Below are positions 22,299-31,386 of a DNA stretch of 60,103 nt, piece after piece (position 1 is the stretch's first letter; the number at the start of each line of letters is the position of its first letter). Made by a program: the position numbers and the translations under genes. The stretch lies in the IMG/VR virus record IMGVR_UViG_3300027573_000033, positions 1-60,103 of that record; one strand, given 5' to 3'. This DNA is from a virus (taxonomy: Duplodnaviria > Caudoviricetes). The notes beneath the pieces are model-generated. The model was not told the origin of the DNA. It did not search any database and saw only the letters and a list, made by a program, of their open reading frames with translations.

Positions 22299-24755
22299 GT
22301 GTTCAATGCAGAGCTTGCGCTGAAATTTTCGCGCATCGGGTTCTTTATCTTCCCGCTGTATAGAAGCACTAGCACGGATAGGCCATGGGTCGAGGCGAAA
22401 GGCTGGAACCGATTTCCCGGGGGACTGCCCTCGGATGGCCGCATAGAGCCCGAAAAGGGCGAGGTCCCGGCCACATCCGACGAAAGCTCCATCCGACAGT
22501 GGGCGAACAGCGCCGTCACGGTCGGATACGGGATCTGCGCGCCGTTTAACCTGATCTTCGACCTTGACGTCAAGCACGGCAAGAACGGGGTCACGGAGTT
22601 TACGGACATAAAGGCGCGATTCGGGGTCCCGAATCCGTCACTGATAGTCAAGACCAAGTCAGGCGGGCTCCACCTGTACTACGCTCGCGAGCCGGACCTG
22701 GTGCCCGCCAAGGTCGGCAAGGCCACAGACCTGCGAATCGATCAGCGGATCCACGCCGGGGTGGACCTGATCGCCAATTCCGGCTACGTCGTAGGTCCCG
22801 CCCATGAGGGCACCAAGGACGATTGGGCCGAGGGGCGATACACGCTGATCAAGGCGAACTTCGACGCCCTGACCGTGTGCCCGACAGAGGTGTACCGGGG
22901 CCAGATTCGCACCACGGCCGCCGATCGAGTGGTGGCCAGATCCACCACGGCCGATGAGCTGATCGTCAACGCCTACCAGAGCGAGGACGATGACCTGATG
23001 GGGCTGATACGGGCGGGTAAGGTGCCCGAGAAGATCCCGGCCGGCAGGAGGGACAGCCTCCTGACGTCCCTGATCGGCGTCCTAAAGGCTAGGCGACTGC
23101 CTAGGGACACGGTCCGCATGGTGTGTGATAAGTTCCTAGAGAACTGCGAGCTGGCCATCGGCGAGACTCGCGAGCAGTTCCTGAAGGCCATAGGTCTGGA
23201 CAGCAAGTTATCGCGGTTTTACTCCGTGCCGGGGGACGTGAACGATCCCCGCGTGGTGGCGAGGGAGCTGGTGGATATCGGCAAGTGCTTCAAGCTAGTG
23301 GATCAGCTGCCCGGGGCCGTGGCGTTCATAGCCATGGCCGATAACGGGTACCTGTCGCCCAGGATCATCTATACGGAGACCAAGGCCCGCCAGGACCTAG
23401 CTCCGTTCGCCAGGCCGATACCGGATTCGGAGAATAAGAGGCCCGTGAATCCGCTGGATCTCGTGATGAGGGACTCCTCCATGCCCCGGGTGCACAGCAC
23501 GGGGTACATCCCTAAGCCGGTCATGGCGTACATAGACCCGGCCGACGGTACCGAGAGGGTCAACCTGTACGTGCCACCACAGATCCCGATAGGGTGCCGT
23601 AACCCGTCCGGCGTGGTGCAGAGGTACGAGGACCTGGTGTACGAGATCTGCGGTGATATGACCGATTACTTCCTCGATTTCATGGCCCACGTAGTGCAAC
23701 GGCCTTGGATCAAGATGGGCCAGGCGCTCCTGATCATATCTCACGCGCACGGGTCCGGCAAGAACACCCTGGTGCAGGTGATGAAGCCCCTGATAGGCCC
23801 CAAGAACTACCTCCCGGTGTCGGGGCTGTCCCCGCTGGTCGAGGACAAATCCGTGGTCATGGACTGTAACGTGTTAGTGGTGTTCAACGAGGTGTCCAGG
23901 CCGGCCAACCGCAATGCCTGGACCGACATGTCCAGGGCGGTGAACAAGCTGAAGACGGCCATATCGGAGTCCTCGGCGCAGATCAACCCGAAGTACGAGC
24001 GACAGCGCACCATAACCACGTACTCCAACTTCGTGATGCTATCCAACGACGATTGCCCCTATGACCTCGATCAGGGGGACCGTCGCATAGCGGTGGTGAA
24101 CAATGACCCGCCGAAGCTGGACCAGGCCAAGTTCGGCCCGGTCGCCGATTTTGCCCATAACGAGAAGAACATGCGACTCACCCCTCGCGAGTACGAGGAC
24201 ATGGTCTTCGAGTTCAACGAGTTCTTCCGGGCCCGAAAGGTCTCACACAATCTCACCACGGCCGACGCGCCGATGGGCGAGGCGAAGCGGGCCATGCTCA
24301 CGTCGATGGCCTCGCCCATCGCCCAGGCCCTGCGAGACTTCAGGATGGTGAAGAGCGCCGGCACCGACGGGCGGTTCATCAGCGAGGACATGATCATCTA
24401 CATCCTCCGCCACCGGTTGGGGTTCAAGGAGTTCGGTAAGGATCGTGGGCGGTACGACATATTCGAGCAGTTTGTGGACAATGGCATCGTGCACAGGCTG
24501 GGGCAAAAAGGAAACCAGAAGAAGGCTCGAGTCATCGTAGGTCTCCCCGCCCTGCGTGACAGGGAGGATTCCCCGCTCATCGGCCCGATCCGGCCGCTCG
24601 ACGGGCCCAGCAAGACCTTCGTCTGGGCCGACCAGGGACTGCTCCTGCACGATATTTCGGACGCCGCCGTCAGGGACGAGCTGTGGACCGCCAGCTCGCG
24701 CCTCCGGGACCCTAACCCGACCGGAAAGTCGGACGTCCTCAGCATAATCAAATGA
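22299..24755 (+). CDS. Bifunctional primase-polymerase fused to an SF3 helicase
   Basis: AEP motifs DLDVK and TKSGGLHLYY; Walker A HGSGKNT; VFNEV; MLSN. Confidence 0.9.
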   Translation: MFNAELALKFSRIGFFIFPLYRSTSTDRPWVEAKGWNRFPGGLPSDGRIEPEKGEVPATSDESSIRQWANSAVTVGYGICAPFNLIFDLDVKHGKNGVTEFTDIKARFGVPNPSLIVKTKSGGLHLYYAREPDLVPAKVGKATDLRIDQRIHAGVDLIANSGYVVGPAHEGTKDDWAEGRYTLIKANFDALTVCPTEVYRGQIRTTAADRVVARSTTADELIVNAYQSEDDDLMGLIRAGKVPEKIPAGRRDSLLTSLIGVLKARRLPRDTVRMVCDKFLENCELAIGETREQFLKAIGLDSKLSRFYSVPGDVNDPRVVARELVDIGKCFKLVDQLPGAVAFIAMADNGYLSPRIIYTETKARQDLAPFARPIPDSENKRPVNPLDLVMRDSSMPRVHSTGYIPKPVMAYIDPADGTERVNLYVPPQIPIGCRNPSGVVQRYEDLVYEICGDMTDYFLDFMAHVVQRPWIKMGQALLIISHAHGSGKNTLVQVMKPLIGPKNYLPVSGLSPLVEDKSVVMDCNVLVVFNEVSRPANRNAWTDMSRAVNKLKTAISESSAQINPKYERQRTITTYSNFVMLSNDDCPYDLDQGDRRIAVVNNDPPKLDQAKFGPVADFAHNEKNMRLTPREYEDMVFEFNEFFRARKVSHNLTTADAPMGEAKRAMLTSMASPIAQALRDFRMVKSAGTDGRFISEDMIIYILRHRLGFKEFGKDRGRYDIFEQFVDNGIVHRLGQKGNQKKARVIVGLPALRDREDSPLIGPIRPLDGPSKTFVWADQGLLLHDISDAAVRDELWTASSRLRDPNPTGKSDVLSIIK

Positions 24756-24788
24756 ATCCAGGTTCTCTCCGTAAGGTTAAGACGCAGC

Positions 24789-24860
24789 TATATACGTTGG
24801 TACTTTCTGATAGCCCTAGGTGTATCCTAATAACCTTTTAAAATCAACAACTTACGAACT
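24789..24860 (+). repeat. 72-bp dispersed element, copy B, with exact IHF consensus
   Basis: AATCAACAACTTA = WATCAANNNNTTR; ungapped similarity to copies A and C. Confidence 0.75.
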
Positions 24861-25274
24861 ATGCGAGATTGCATCTTTTGCGTGTTAGACGGCGTCCTGG
24901 CGGACTCGGCGCATCGCCGGTCCGTGACCAATCCGGCCATGATCGGCCCGGTGGTGAAGGGCGATAGCGTCGTGGAGCCGGTCAAGGAGCTGCTCGCGTG
25001 CATGTACGCGGCGGACTACCTGATCTACATCTACACCCATCGACCGAGGGAGGCCGAGGAGGACACCGTCGAGTGGCTCCACCAGAACGGGGTGCGCTAC
25101 TGGCGACTGCTCACCGTCCCGGAGGTCAGGGGAGTGCCCCAGGCCAAGGTCAAGCTAGACCTGATCGGCAGCCTCGACCTGACTGACCGATTGCGCTTCG
25201 TCATCGACTGTGACGAGGCGTCGATCCGCCTATGGAGGGCCTTTAACATCCCCTGCTTCCGACTGGAGCTGTGA
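24861..25274 (+). CDS. HAD-family (PNKP-phosphatase-like) protein with degenerate active site
   Basis: IFCVLDGVLAD..HR, YTHR and T.EWL..NGV are present, but the first Asp of DxD is replaced. Confidence 0.7.
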   Translation: MRDCIFCVLDGVLADSAHRRSVTNPAMIGPVVKGDSVVEPVKELLACMYAADYLIYIYTHRPREAEEDTVEWLHQNGVRYWRLLTVPEVRGVPQAKVKLDLIGSLDLTDRLRFVIDCDEASIRLWRAFNIPCFRLEL

Positions 25275-27163
25275 TGAGAGAGCTATTCGGCCTAGACGTT
25301 GAGACGGCCGGCACCGTCAAGGAGGTGGCCCAGTTCGCCGGGCTAGAGCCGTGGCGCATGTGGCGAGGTCACGCTCACATAACGGACGTGGGCGTGTGCC
25401 GGCCGGATGGGTCGACATTGGCCCTGTCTCGCAGGAAGATGGGGGACGACCTGTTCGAGCGGTCGGTCAGGGAGGTCCTGAGAGACCTGGCCGGCAAGGT
25501 CGTGTACTGCCAGAACACCGTATTCGATCTGGCCTGGATACTGGGTACCCTCAAGGGAAGTCGTACGGAGCAAATTCCCGGGGAACTTAGAGCCATAAAA
25601 TGGCAGGATACCAAGCTCCTGGCGAAATGGCTGGCCAACGGACAGTACGCCGAGGACACGAGGTTCAGCTACTCTCTCGTGAACCTGGTCAAGACCTTCC
25701 TGCCGAACCACCCGCTAACGGAGGAGTTCGTCCGGATCAAGAGCGGTGATATGCCCGAGGCCGGGCAGGATCCGGAGTACTGGGAGAAGCGAAACCTGTA
25801 TGACGTGATCCTGACTCGCGCACTGGCCGAGTACCTCGAGGACAAGCTCCCGTCCGGCCAGAGGATGGGCTACGGCACAGAGATGAGGAACCTGCTGCCC
25901 GTGGCCAATAGCTGGCTCACCGGCATTCGAGTTAACGTGGGCCGCCTCGAGGAGGTGGAGTTCGACTTCCTGCGAGAGCAGAAGGAGATCATCGATAGGA
26001 TCGGGATCTCACCGTCCGTGATCACCTCGCCCAAGCAGCTAGGTCACCTGCTGTTTAAGGAGATGGGCCTGTCGCCGACCAAGTACACGCCGACCGGCAC
26101 GCCGTCCACGGCGGCCGACGAGCTGAAGATGATCATGTATCGCATGACCCAGGGCGATGACCCTAGGGCCCCCGTCATGAGGGACATCTGCCGGTACAAG
26201 CAGGTCGCCACCCTCATGTCGAAGTACGTGACTGCCGCCAAGGAGGCGCTGCGGCATACCGGTGACGGGTTCATATACGGCTGTCCCATCATATTCGGGA
26301 CCTACACTGGTCGATACACGTACGCGTCTAAGACGCTGGATACGTGGCGAACAGGCATTGCGTTGCACCAGATCCCTCGCAGGGACAAGGCGATCCGGTC
26401 ATTCCTCGCCCCGCCTGACGGTTATAAGGTTTACGAGGCGGATGCTGCGGGCCAGGAGTCTCGTCTCATGGCCATCAGGTCGGGCGACCCTAACATGCTG
26501 AAGGTGTTCTCGGACGGGCTGGACTTTCACGCCGTTACGGGCTCCAACGTGGTGGGCAGGGAGTACGACGAGTTCATGACCCAGTACCGCGCCGGCGACC
26601 ATCGCACCATCGAGGAGCGCCAGTACGGCAAGCTGACTAACCTGTCCTGCAACTATCGCATCGGCGGTAAGGCCCTCTCTAAGAAGGCCTTCGACGACTA
26701 TGACATGTTCATGACGGTGGATCAGGGCATGTTCCTCGTCAACGGGTTCTCTCGCACATACCAGGGCGTGCCCAAGTACTGGCGCGAGGTCATCATCGAG
26801 TCTAAGGCTAAGGGGTACACCGAGGCGTTCGGCGGGCGTAGGTACAAGATCCGACACTGGAACGGCGACCGCTCGTGGGAGTCGGAGTCCTCGGCCATCA
26901 ACCTCCCGATCCAGGGCGGAGGGGCGTCGATGAAGAACATCGCCATCGCCGAGATCCACGAGGCCGACGCCGACTGCCACTTCAGCCTAGACCTGCATGA
27001 CGCGTCATTCGTGTGGGTGCCGGAGGACCGGGCCCAGGAGAAGAAGGAGATCCTGGATCGGACGCTGGCCGAAATCGATTATAGCAAGTATTGGGGCTTC
27101 ACGCCCTCCATCCCGCTACCGTACGATTCCAAGGTCGGTGCCAATTTTGGGGAAGTAAAATAA
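25274..27163 (+). CDS. polA: Family A DNA polymerase with 3'-5' exonuclease
   Basis: ExoI LDVET, ExoII N..FD, ExoIII YD; motif A DAAGQESR, motif B RQYGKLTNLSCNY, motif C LHD. Confidence 0.95.
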   Translation: MRELFGLDVETAGTVKEVAQFAGLEPWRMWRGHAHITDVGVCRPDGSTLALSRRKMGDDLFERSVREVLRDLAGKVVYCQNTVFDLAWILGTLKGSRTEQIPGELRAIKWQDTKLLAKWLANGQYAEDTRFSYSLVNLVKTFLPNHPLTEEFVRIKSGDMPEAGQDPEYWEKRNLYDVILTRALAEYLEDKLPSGQRMGYGTEMRNLLPVANSWLTGIRVNVGRLEEVEFDFLREQKEIIDRIGISPSVITSPKQLGHLLFKEMGLSPTKYTPTGTPSTAADELKMIMYRMTQGDDPRAPVMRDICRYKQVATLMSKYVTAAKEALRHTGDGFIYGCPIIFGTYTGRYTYASKTLDTWRTGIALHQIPRRDKAIRSFLAPPDGYKVYEADAAGQESRLMAIRSGDPNMLKVFSDGLDFHAVTGSNVVGREYDEFMTQYRAGDHRTIEERQYGKLTNLSCNYRIGGKALSKKAFDDYDMFMTVDQGMFLVNGFSRTYQGVPKYWREVIIESKAKGYTEAFGGRRYKIRHWNGDRSWESESSAINLPIQGGGASMKNIAIAEIHEADADCHFSLDLHDASFVWVPEDRAQEKKEILDRTLAEIDYSKYWGFTPSIPLPYDSKVGANFGEVK

Positions 27164-27861
27164 TGGCCAAATCCATCGCGCTAAGTCATAGCCGCCTAAG
27201 CACGTACAACCAGTGCCCTAGGAAGTTTAAGCTCCAGTTCCTGGATAAGGCCTTCCCTCAGGAGGACGCCGACAAGAGCCCGCACCTAGTGCGCGGTAAC
27301 AACGTTCATAAGGCGCTGGAGGGGTACGTGGTTAAGCGCCTGTCCGGGCAGAATGACATACAGCCCTCGTCCCTGAAGGAGGTCGAGACCACCAAGCCGC
27401 TGATCGATCGCCTGTTTCAGGAGTTCGACATGATCATGCCAGAGGCGCAGGTGGCCGTCGATAGCGAGTACAAGAAGGTGGAGTGGTTCGACTCCAACGC
27501 GTACTATCGCGTGATCATGGACATCATCGGCAAGGGAGATAGCACGGCCTTCGTGGGCGACTACAAGACGGGCAAGATCAACGACTACAGCGGATACGGC
27601 GGTCAGCTGCACCTGACCGCGGCCATCACGTTCTGCGTATTCGAGGACGTGCAGGACGTGACGGCGGCCTACCTGTATGTGGATCACCAGAAGGTGAATA
27701 AGATCAAGTTCCACCGGTCCGAGCTGCCGGCCCTGATCCAGCACTTCGACGCGGAGCACGTCAAGGTGAACTCTGACAAGGAGTTCAAGCCGGTGCCCAA
27801 CGACTTCTGCAAGTGGTGCCCAGCCACCAAGGCTCAGTGCCCGTACTCGAGGAAGATCTGA
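27163..27861 (+). CDS. PD-(D/E)XK Cas4/RecB-like exonuclease with a four-Cys (Fe-S) motif
   Basis: S.S......QCPR, RG..VH, DYKTGK, QL, C-terminal CKWCP....C. Confidence 0.9.
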   Translation: MAKSIALSHSRLSTYNQCPRKFKLQFLDKAFPQEDADKSPHLVRGNNVHKALEGYVVKRLSGQNDIQPSSLKEVETTKPLIDRLFQEFDMIMPEAQVAVDSEYKKVEWFDSNAYYRVIMDIIGKGDSTAFVGDYKTGKINDYSGYGGQLHLTAAITFCVFEDVQDVTAAYLYVDHQKVNKIKFHRSELPALIQHFDAEHVKVNSDKEFKPVPNDFCKWCPATKAQCPYSRKI

Positions 27862-27980
27862 TGAAGCATATCTTCACGCTACTGGTGTTCTGGGCCGTGT
27901 GCGTGATCGTGATAGGTCTATCGTTCGGCATGGTGATCGGGCTAGCCTATAAGACCCTCGAGTGGGTGAGGGCATGGTGA
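27861..27980 (+). CDS. 39-aa membrane protein
   Basis: MKHIFTLLVFWAVCVIVIGLSFGMVIGLAYKTLEWVRAW. Confidence 0.55.
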   Translation: MKHIFTLLVFWAVCVIVIGLSFGMVIGLAYKTLEWVRAW

Positions 27981-28294
27981 CCACAGTGCTGAGCGAGGCC
28001 GAGTCCATCATCTACGGTGATCGGGAGCGGACGTACGGTAAGCCGGGCAAGAACCTGGAGGCCATAGCCCTGTTTTGGGCCGCATACCTAGTGAGTAAGC
28101 ACGGGGTCGCAATACGGCTGAGTCCGGAGGACGTGTGCGCCATGATGAGGCTCCTAAAGGAAGCTCGACTAATGAACCAGCCGAATCACAGAGACTCGAT
28201 CGTAGACCTGTGCGGATACGCGGCGCTACAGGATAGGGTATTGAACGGTGACCCCGGAAGGGAAGGTGAAACTGAAAGTCCGAAGGTGGCTTAA
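27974..28294 (+). CDS. DUF6378-like nucleotide-metabolism-associated protein
   Basis: L.EA..II.GDR...YG.P..N...IA..W..YL...DV..MM.LLK.AR......DS.VD..GYA. Confidence 0.8.
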   Translation: MVTTVLSEAESIIYGDRERTYGKPGKNLEAIALFWAAYLVSKHGVAIRLSPEDVCAMMRLLKEARLMNQPNHRDSIVDLCGYAALQDRVLNGDPGREGETESPKVA

Positions 28295-28673
28295 GGATAA
28301 CATGCCCGGGGCGTGGCTATACGCGGCCCCGGGCGGCACCTTCGGTAAGGCCGGAACTCCGGACGACATTGGTCTCTGGAGGGGGAGGTTCTTTGCTGTT
28401 GAGAGCAAGGCGGATCGCGGTTGCACGCTGACCGATTTACAGAGGAAGACCCTGATGAGGATGAAGGGGCAGGGTGCGATAGTAGCGGCGCTTTTCGGAT
28501 TCGAAGAGAAAAAACTTGTGTACATCCGTGATGCGATCATACAAAGTACGCCACATTGGGAGTATGCACATGACACCTCGAGTACCGTTCGCGGAATACG
28601 CCTGGCCGACCCGAGCGGGCGGCTCGCCGTATCAGCACCAGAAGGTGACGACACAGTTCCTGCTGACGAATAA
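28248..28673 (+). CDS. VRR-NUC domain nuclease (Holliday junction resolvase-like)
   Basis: MTPEGKVK, G.PD, F.AVE.K, T.LQ. Confidence 0.85.
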   Translation: MTPEGKVKLKVRRWLKDNMPGAWLYAAPGGTFGKAGTPDDIGLWRGRFFAVESKADRGCTLTDLQRKTLMRMKGQGAIVAALFGFEEKKLVYIRDAIIQSTPHWEYAHDTSSTVRGIRLADPSGRLAVSAPEGDDTVPADE

Positions 28674-29967
28674 GAGGAGTTACTGCTTCAATGACATGGG
28701 GACGGGTAAGACGCTCAGCGCTCTGTGGGCGGCGGACTTCCTCCTCATCAATGATGTCATCAAGAGGGTGCTCATAACCGCTCCGCTATCCACCCTGCGA
28801 GCTACGTGGGGGCGTGAAATAATGTACAACCTACCGCACAGGCGGTGGGCCGTATGTCACGGGTCTAAGTCCCAGAGGATTAGTGTCCTCCGGGGAAATT
28901 CCGAGCTAGTTATCATTAACCATGACGGCCTTAAGATCGTCGAGGACGAAATCGTGAGGTCTGGGTTTCAGCTGTTCATAGTCGACGAGCTGACGGCGTT
29001 CAAGACCCACTCTACCGATCGCACGCGGGCGGCGGAGCGCATCGCCCGATCCATGAAGGGCGTATGGGGCATGACCGGCGTACCGACGCCCAACGGGCCG
29101 ATCGAGGCGTTCGGACAGGCTAAGGTGGTAAACCCGTTTAACCCGTTCCTGCCCAAGTTCTTCGGCCAGTTCCGTGATCGGGTGGTGGAGAAGGTGACGG
29201 ACTTCCTGTACGTGCCCAAGCCCGGAGCCAACGACGAGGTATTCAGGATCCTGCAGCCGGCCATCCGGTATACGCGGGAGCAGTGCATAGACCTGCCCCC
29301 TCGCACCTACGAGGTGCGCGATGTGCCGCTATCGCCGGAGCAGTCTATCGTGTACGAGAAGATGCGCAAGGAGCTCCTCGTACAGTACCAGCACGGCGAG
29401 ATAACCGCGGCTAACGCCGGGGTCAAGGCCCTAAAGCTGCTGCAGATAGCGGCCGGATCCGTCAAGGACGACGAGGGCAAGGTCGTACACCTTAAGTGCG
29501 ATAACAGGCTGAGCGAGTTGTACGACATATGGGAGTCCACCCCGCAGAAGAAGCTGGTGGTGTTCGCCGCGTTCAGGGCCAGCGTAGAGCGCATAGTGCA
29601 GTTCTTCGTGGGGCGCAAGGTCCGGGCCGCCTGCATAATGGGCGGGACGGACGGCAAGGTGCGAGGTCACCTGATCGAGGACTTCCAGAACGGCGACCTC
29701 AGCGTGCTCGTCCTGCAGCCGGCCAGCTCGGCGCACGGCATCACCCTCACCGCCGCCAACATCATCGTGTGGCACAGCCTGGTGCCGAGCAACGAGATCC
29801 ACACGCAGGCCAACGATCGCATCACTCGCATCGGGCAATCACGCAACCAGCTGGTGATATACCTGATAGGGTGCAAGGCGGAGGCACACATCCTCAGCCT
29901 GCTGGAGAATAAAGAGGCCCAATCCAACGACCTGCTGAGCTCCTATTCGGAATTCCTGGCACCCTAA
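28570..29967 (+). CDS. SNF2-like SF2 helicase
   Basis: PYQHQ, DMGTGKT, IVDE, MTG.P, HGITLT, QA.DR..RIGQ. Confidence 0.9.
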   Translation: MTPRVPFAEYAWPTRAGGSPYQHQKVTTQFLLTNKRSYCFNDMGTGKTLSALWAADFLLINDVIKRVLITAPLSTLRATWGREIMYNLPHRRWAVCHGSKSQRISVLRGNSELVIINHDGLKIVEDEIVRSGFQLFIVDELTAFKTHSTDRTRAAERIARSMKGVWGMTGVPTPNGPIEAFGQAKVVNPFNPFLPKFFGQFRDRVVEKVTDFLYVPKPGANDEVFRILQPAIRYTREQCIDLPPRTYEVRDVPLSPEQSIVYEKMRKELLVQYQHGEITAANAGVKALKLLQIAAGSVKDDEGKVVHLKCDNRLSELYDIWESTPQKKLVVFAAFRASVERIVQFFVGRKVRAACIMGGTDGKVRGHLIEDFQNGDLSVLVLQPASSAHGITLTAANIIVWHSLVPSNEIHTQANDRITRIGQSRNQLVIYLIGCKAEAHILSLLENKEAQSNDLLSSYSEFLAP

Positions 29968-29978
29968 TCATAGATCAG

Positions 29979-30018
29979 GATTAAAGGTGTGTACTTCCGG
30001 CGCTAGGTGTGATATAAT
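29979..30018 (+). promoter_or_regulatory. Repeated promoter driving the SSB and modification genes
   Basis: GATTAAAGGTG-TGTACT-TCCGGCGCTAGGTGTGA-TATAAT. Confidence 0.75.
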
Positions 30019-30053
30019 TATAATGTAGCGTCCTAACATAATCAGGAGACCGT

Positions 30054-30440
30054 ATGCCCATAAATATCGCAGCACTGGTGAAGGAGTATCGAGAGGTGCG
30101 AGACGCCCTGGATCAGGAGCGTCACCGCTACCAGGAATTCGAGCGTGGGGCCAAGGATAAGATGGCCCAGCTCAGCATGGCGTTGCGCGAGGTGGCCGAC
30201 GAGATGGGCGTGGATTCGTTCCGCACCGACGAGGGCACGGCGTATCGCGTGGTGAAGGAGTCGTATCGGGTCGGGGTGTGGGAAGATGTCCTCGCCTGGA
30301 TCAAGGAGACCGGCAACTGGCAGTGCCTCGAGAAGAGGATCGGCAAGCTGGCCACGAAGGAAGTTCATCAGGAGACGGGCGAGCTCCCGCCCGGAGTGGA
30401 GTACGACGCGGAGGTTGAGTTCGTCGTGCGCAAATCGTAG
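30054..30440 (+). CDS. Conserved coiled-coil replication/recombination protein
   Basis: G.DS.RT..GT.Y, LEKR, LPPGV motifs; AGGAG RBS. Confidence 0.7.
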   Translation: MPINIAALVKEYREVRDALDQERHRYQEFERGAKDKMAQLSMALREVADEMGVDSFRTDEGTAYRVVKESYRVGVWEDVLAWIKETGNWQCLEKRIGKLATKEVHQETGELPPGVEYDAEVEFVVRKS

Positions 30441-30464
30441 TGTCAACCGTGAGGACCTCACAGT

Positions 30465-31334
30465 ATGAGCAACTTACCCGTAGTACCGGACTACCTGAAG
30501 GCCTTCATGGCCCCGGGCCAGACGCAGTCCTCGGATACGGAGTCGATGGCCTCGGCCTCGATCTCCATCCCGAGGGTCTCGCTCAGGGCCAAGAAGTTTC
30601 GCTGGATCGAGCAGGGCGAGGAGCTATTCGCCGAGCCGGAATCGCACGTCGTGATCCTGGCCGCGGAGCCGGGCAGCGGTCGGTTCGTCAAGACGTACTA
30701 TGACGGACCGTATAACCCGGGCGACTCAAGCCCGCCGACCTGCAGCTCCTCCGACGGCGTCACTCCCGACTCGTGGGTCACCACTCCGCAAAACGGGGTG
30801 TGCGCCACGTGCAAGTGGAACCAGTTCGGCTCGGCTACGAGTCGGACGGGCAAGAAGTCGAAGGCCTGCCGCGACGCCAAGAGACTGTGGCTGGTTAGGG
30901 CGGACGATATTTCTGGCACCGTTTTTGGGATGAACGTGCCCGTCACGTCGCTCAAGAGCCTGTCAGAGCTCGGCCACCAGATCAAGTCCATCAACGCTCC
31001 GCTCTCGGCGGCCGTAGTCAAGCTGACCATGGATGAGGACGAGTCCTACCCCATCATCTCCTTCACGCTGGAGGGCTGGCTCAATGACAAGTGGGGCCCA
31101 GTCGCCATGAAGCGGAACGAGGGGAAGGACTGGCCCGGCGCGCTGAAGGACGGGCCCGCAGGTCCCGCCCTCTCGGCCCCGGCTCGACAGCCCCAGCTGC
31201 CGGTCAACGAGGCGGAGCAGGTCAAGGAGCCGTCGACTCAGGCTAAGGTGGCGCAGACCCCGCAGACCATCGAGGGGCAGTCCACCCCGGCCAAGGGTAA
31301 CAGCGCCGACGACGCCCTCTCCACCTGGGGGTGA
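30465..31334 (+). CDS. Putative single-stranded DNA-binding protein
   Basis: PR.S, Y.G.Y....PPTC.S.DG.TP, C..C..NQFGS, KAC; acidic/aromatic C-terminus DDALSTWG. Confidence 0.65.
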   Translation: MSNLPVVPDYLKAFMAPGQTQSSDTESMASASISIPRVSLRAKKFRWIEQGEELFAEPESHVVILAAEPGSGRFVKTYYDGPYNPGDSSPPTCSSSDGVTPDSWVTTPQNGVCATCKWNQFGSATSRTGKKSKACRDAKRLWLVRADDISGTVFGMNVPVTSLKSLSELGHQIKSINAPLSAAVVKLTMDEDESYPIISFTLEGWLNDKWGPVAMKRNEGKDWPGALKDGPAGPALSAPARQPQLPVNEAEQVKEPSTQAKVAQTPQTIEGQSTPAKGNSADDALSTWG

Positions 31335-31343
31335 TGTCATATA

Positions 31344-31375
31344 GCGGCGGGGCCGTTCGCGGCTCCGTCGCCTTT
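31344..31375 (+). terminator. Hairpin terminator with UUCG loop
   Basis: GCGGCGGGGCCG-TTCG-CGGCTCCGTCGC followed by CTTT. Confidence 0.55.
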
Positions 31376-31386
31376 CAGGAGATTTG

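Noticed and set aside
27163-27861. CRISPR-associated Cas4
   Set aside because: It is a stand-alone PD-(D/E)XK nuclease in the replication operon, as is common in phages.
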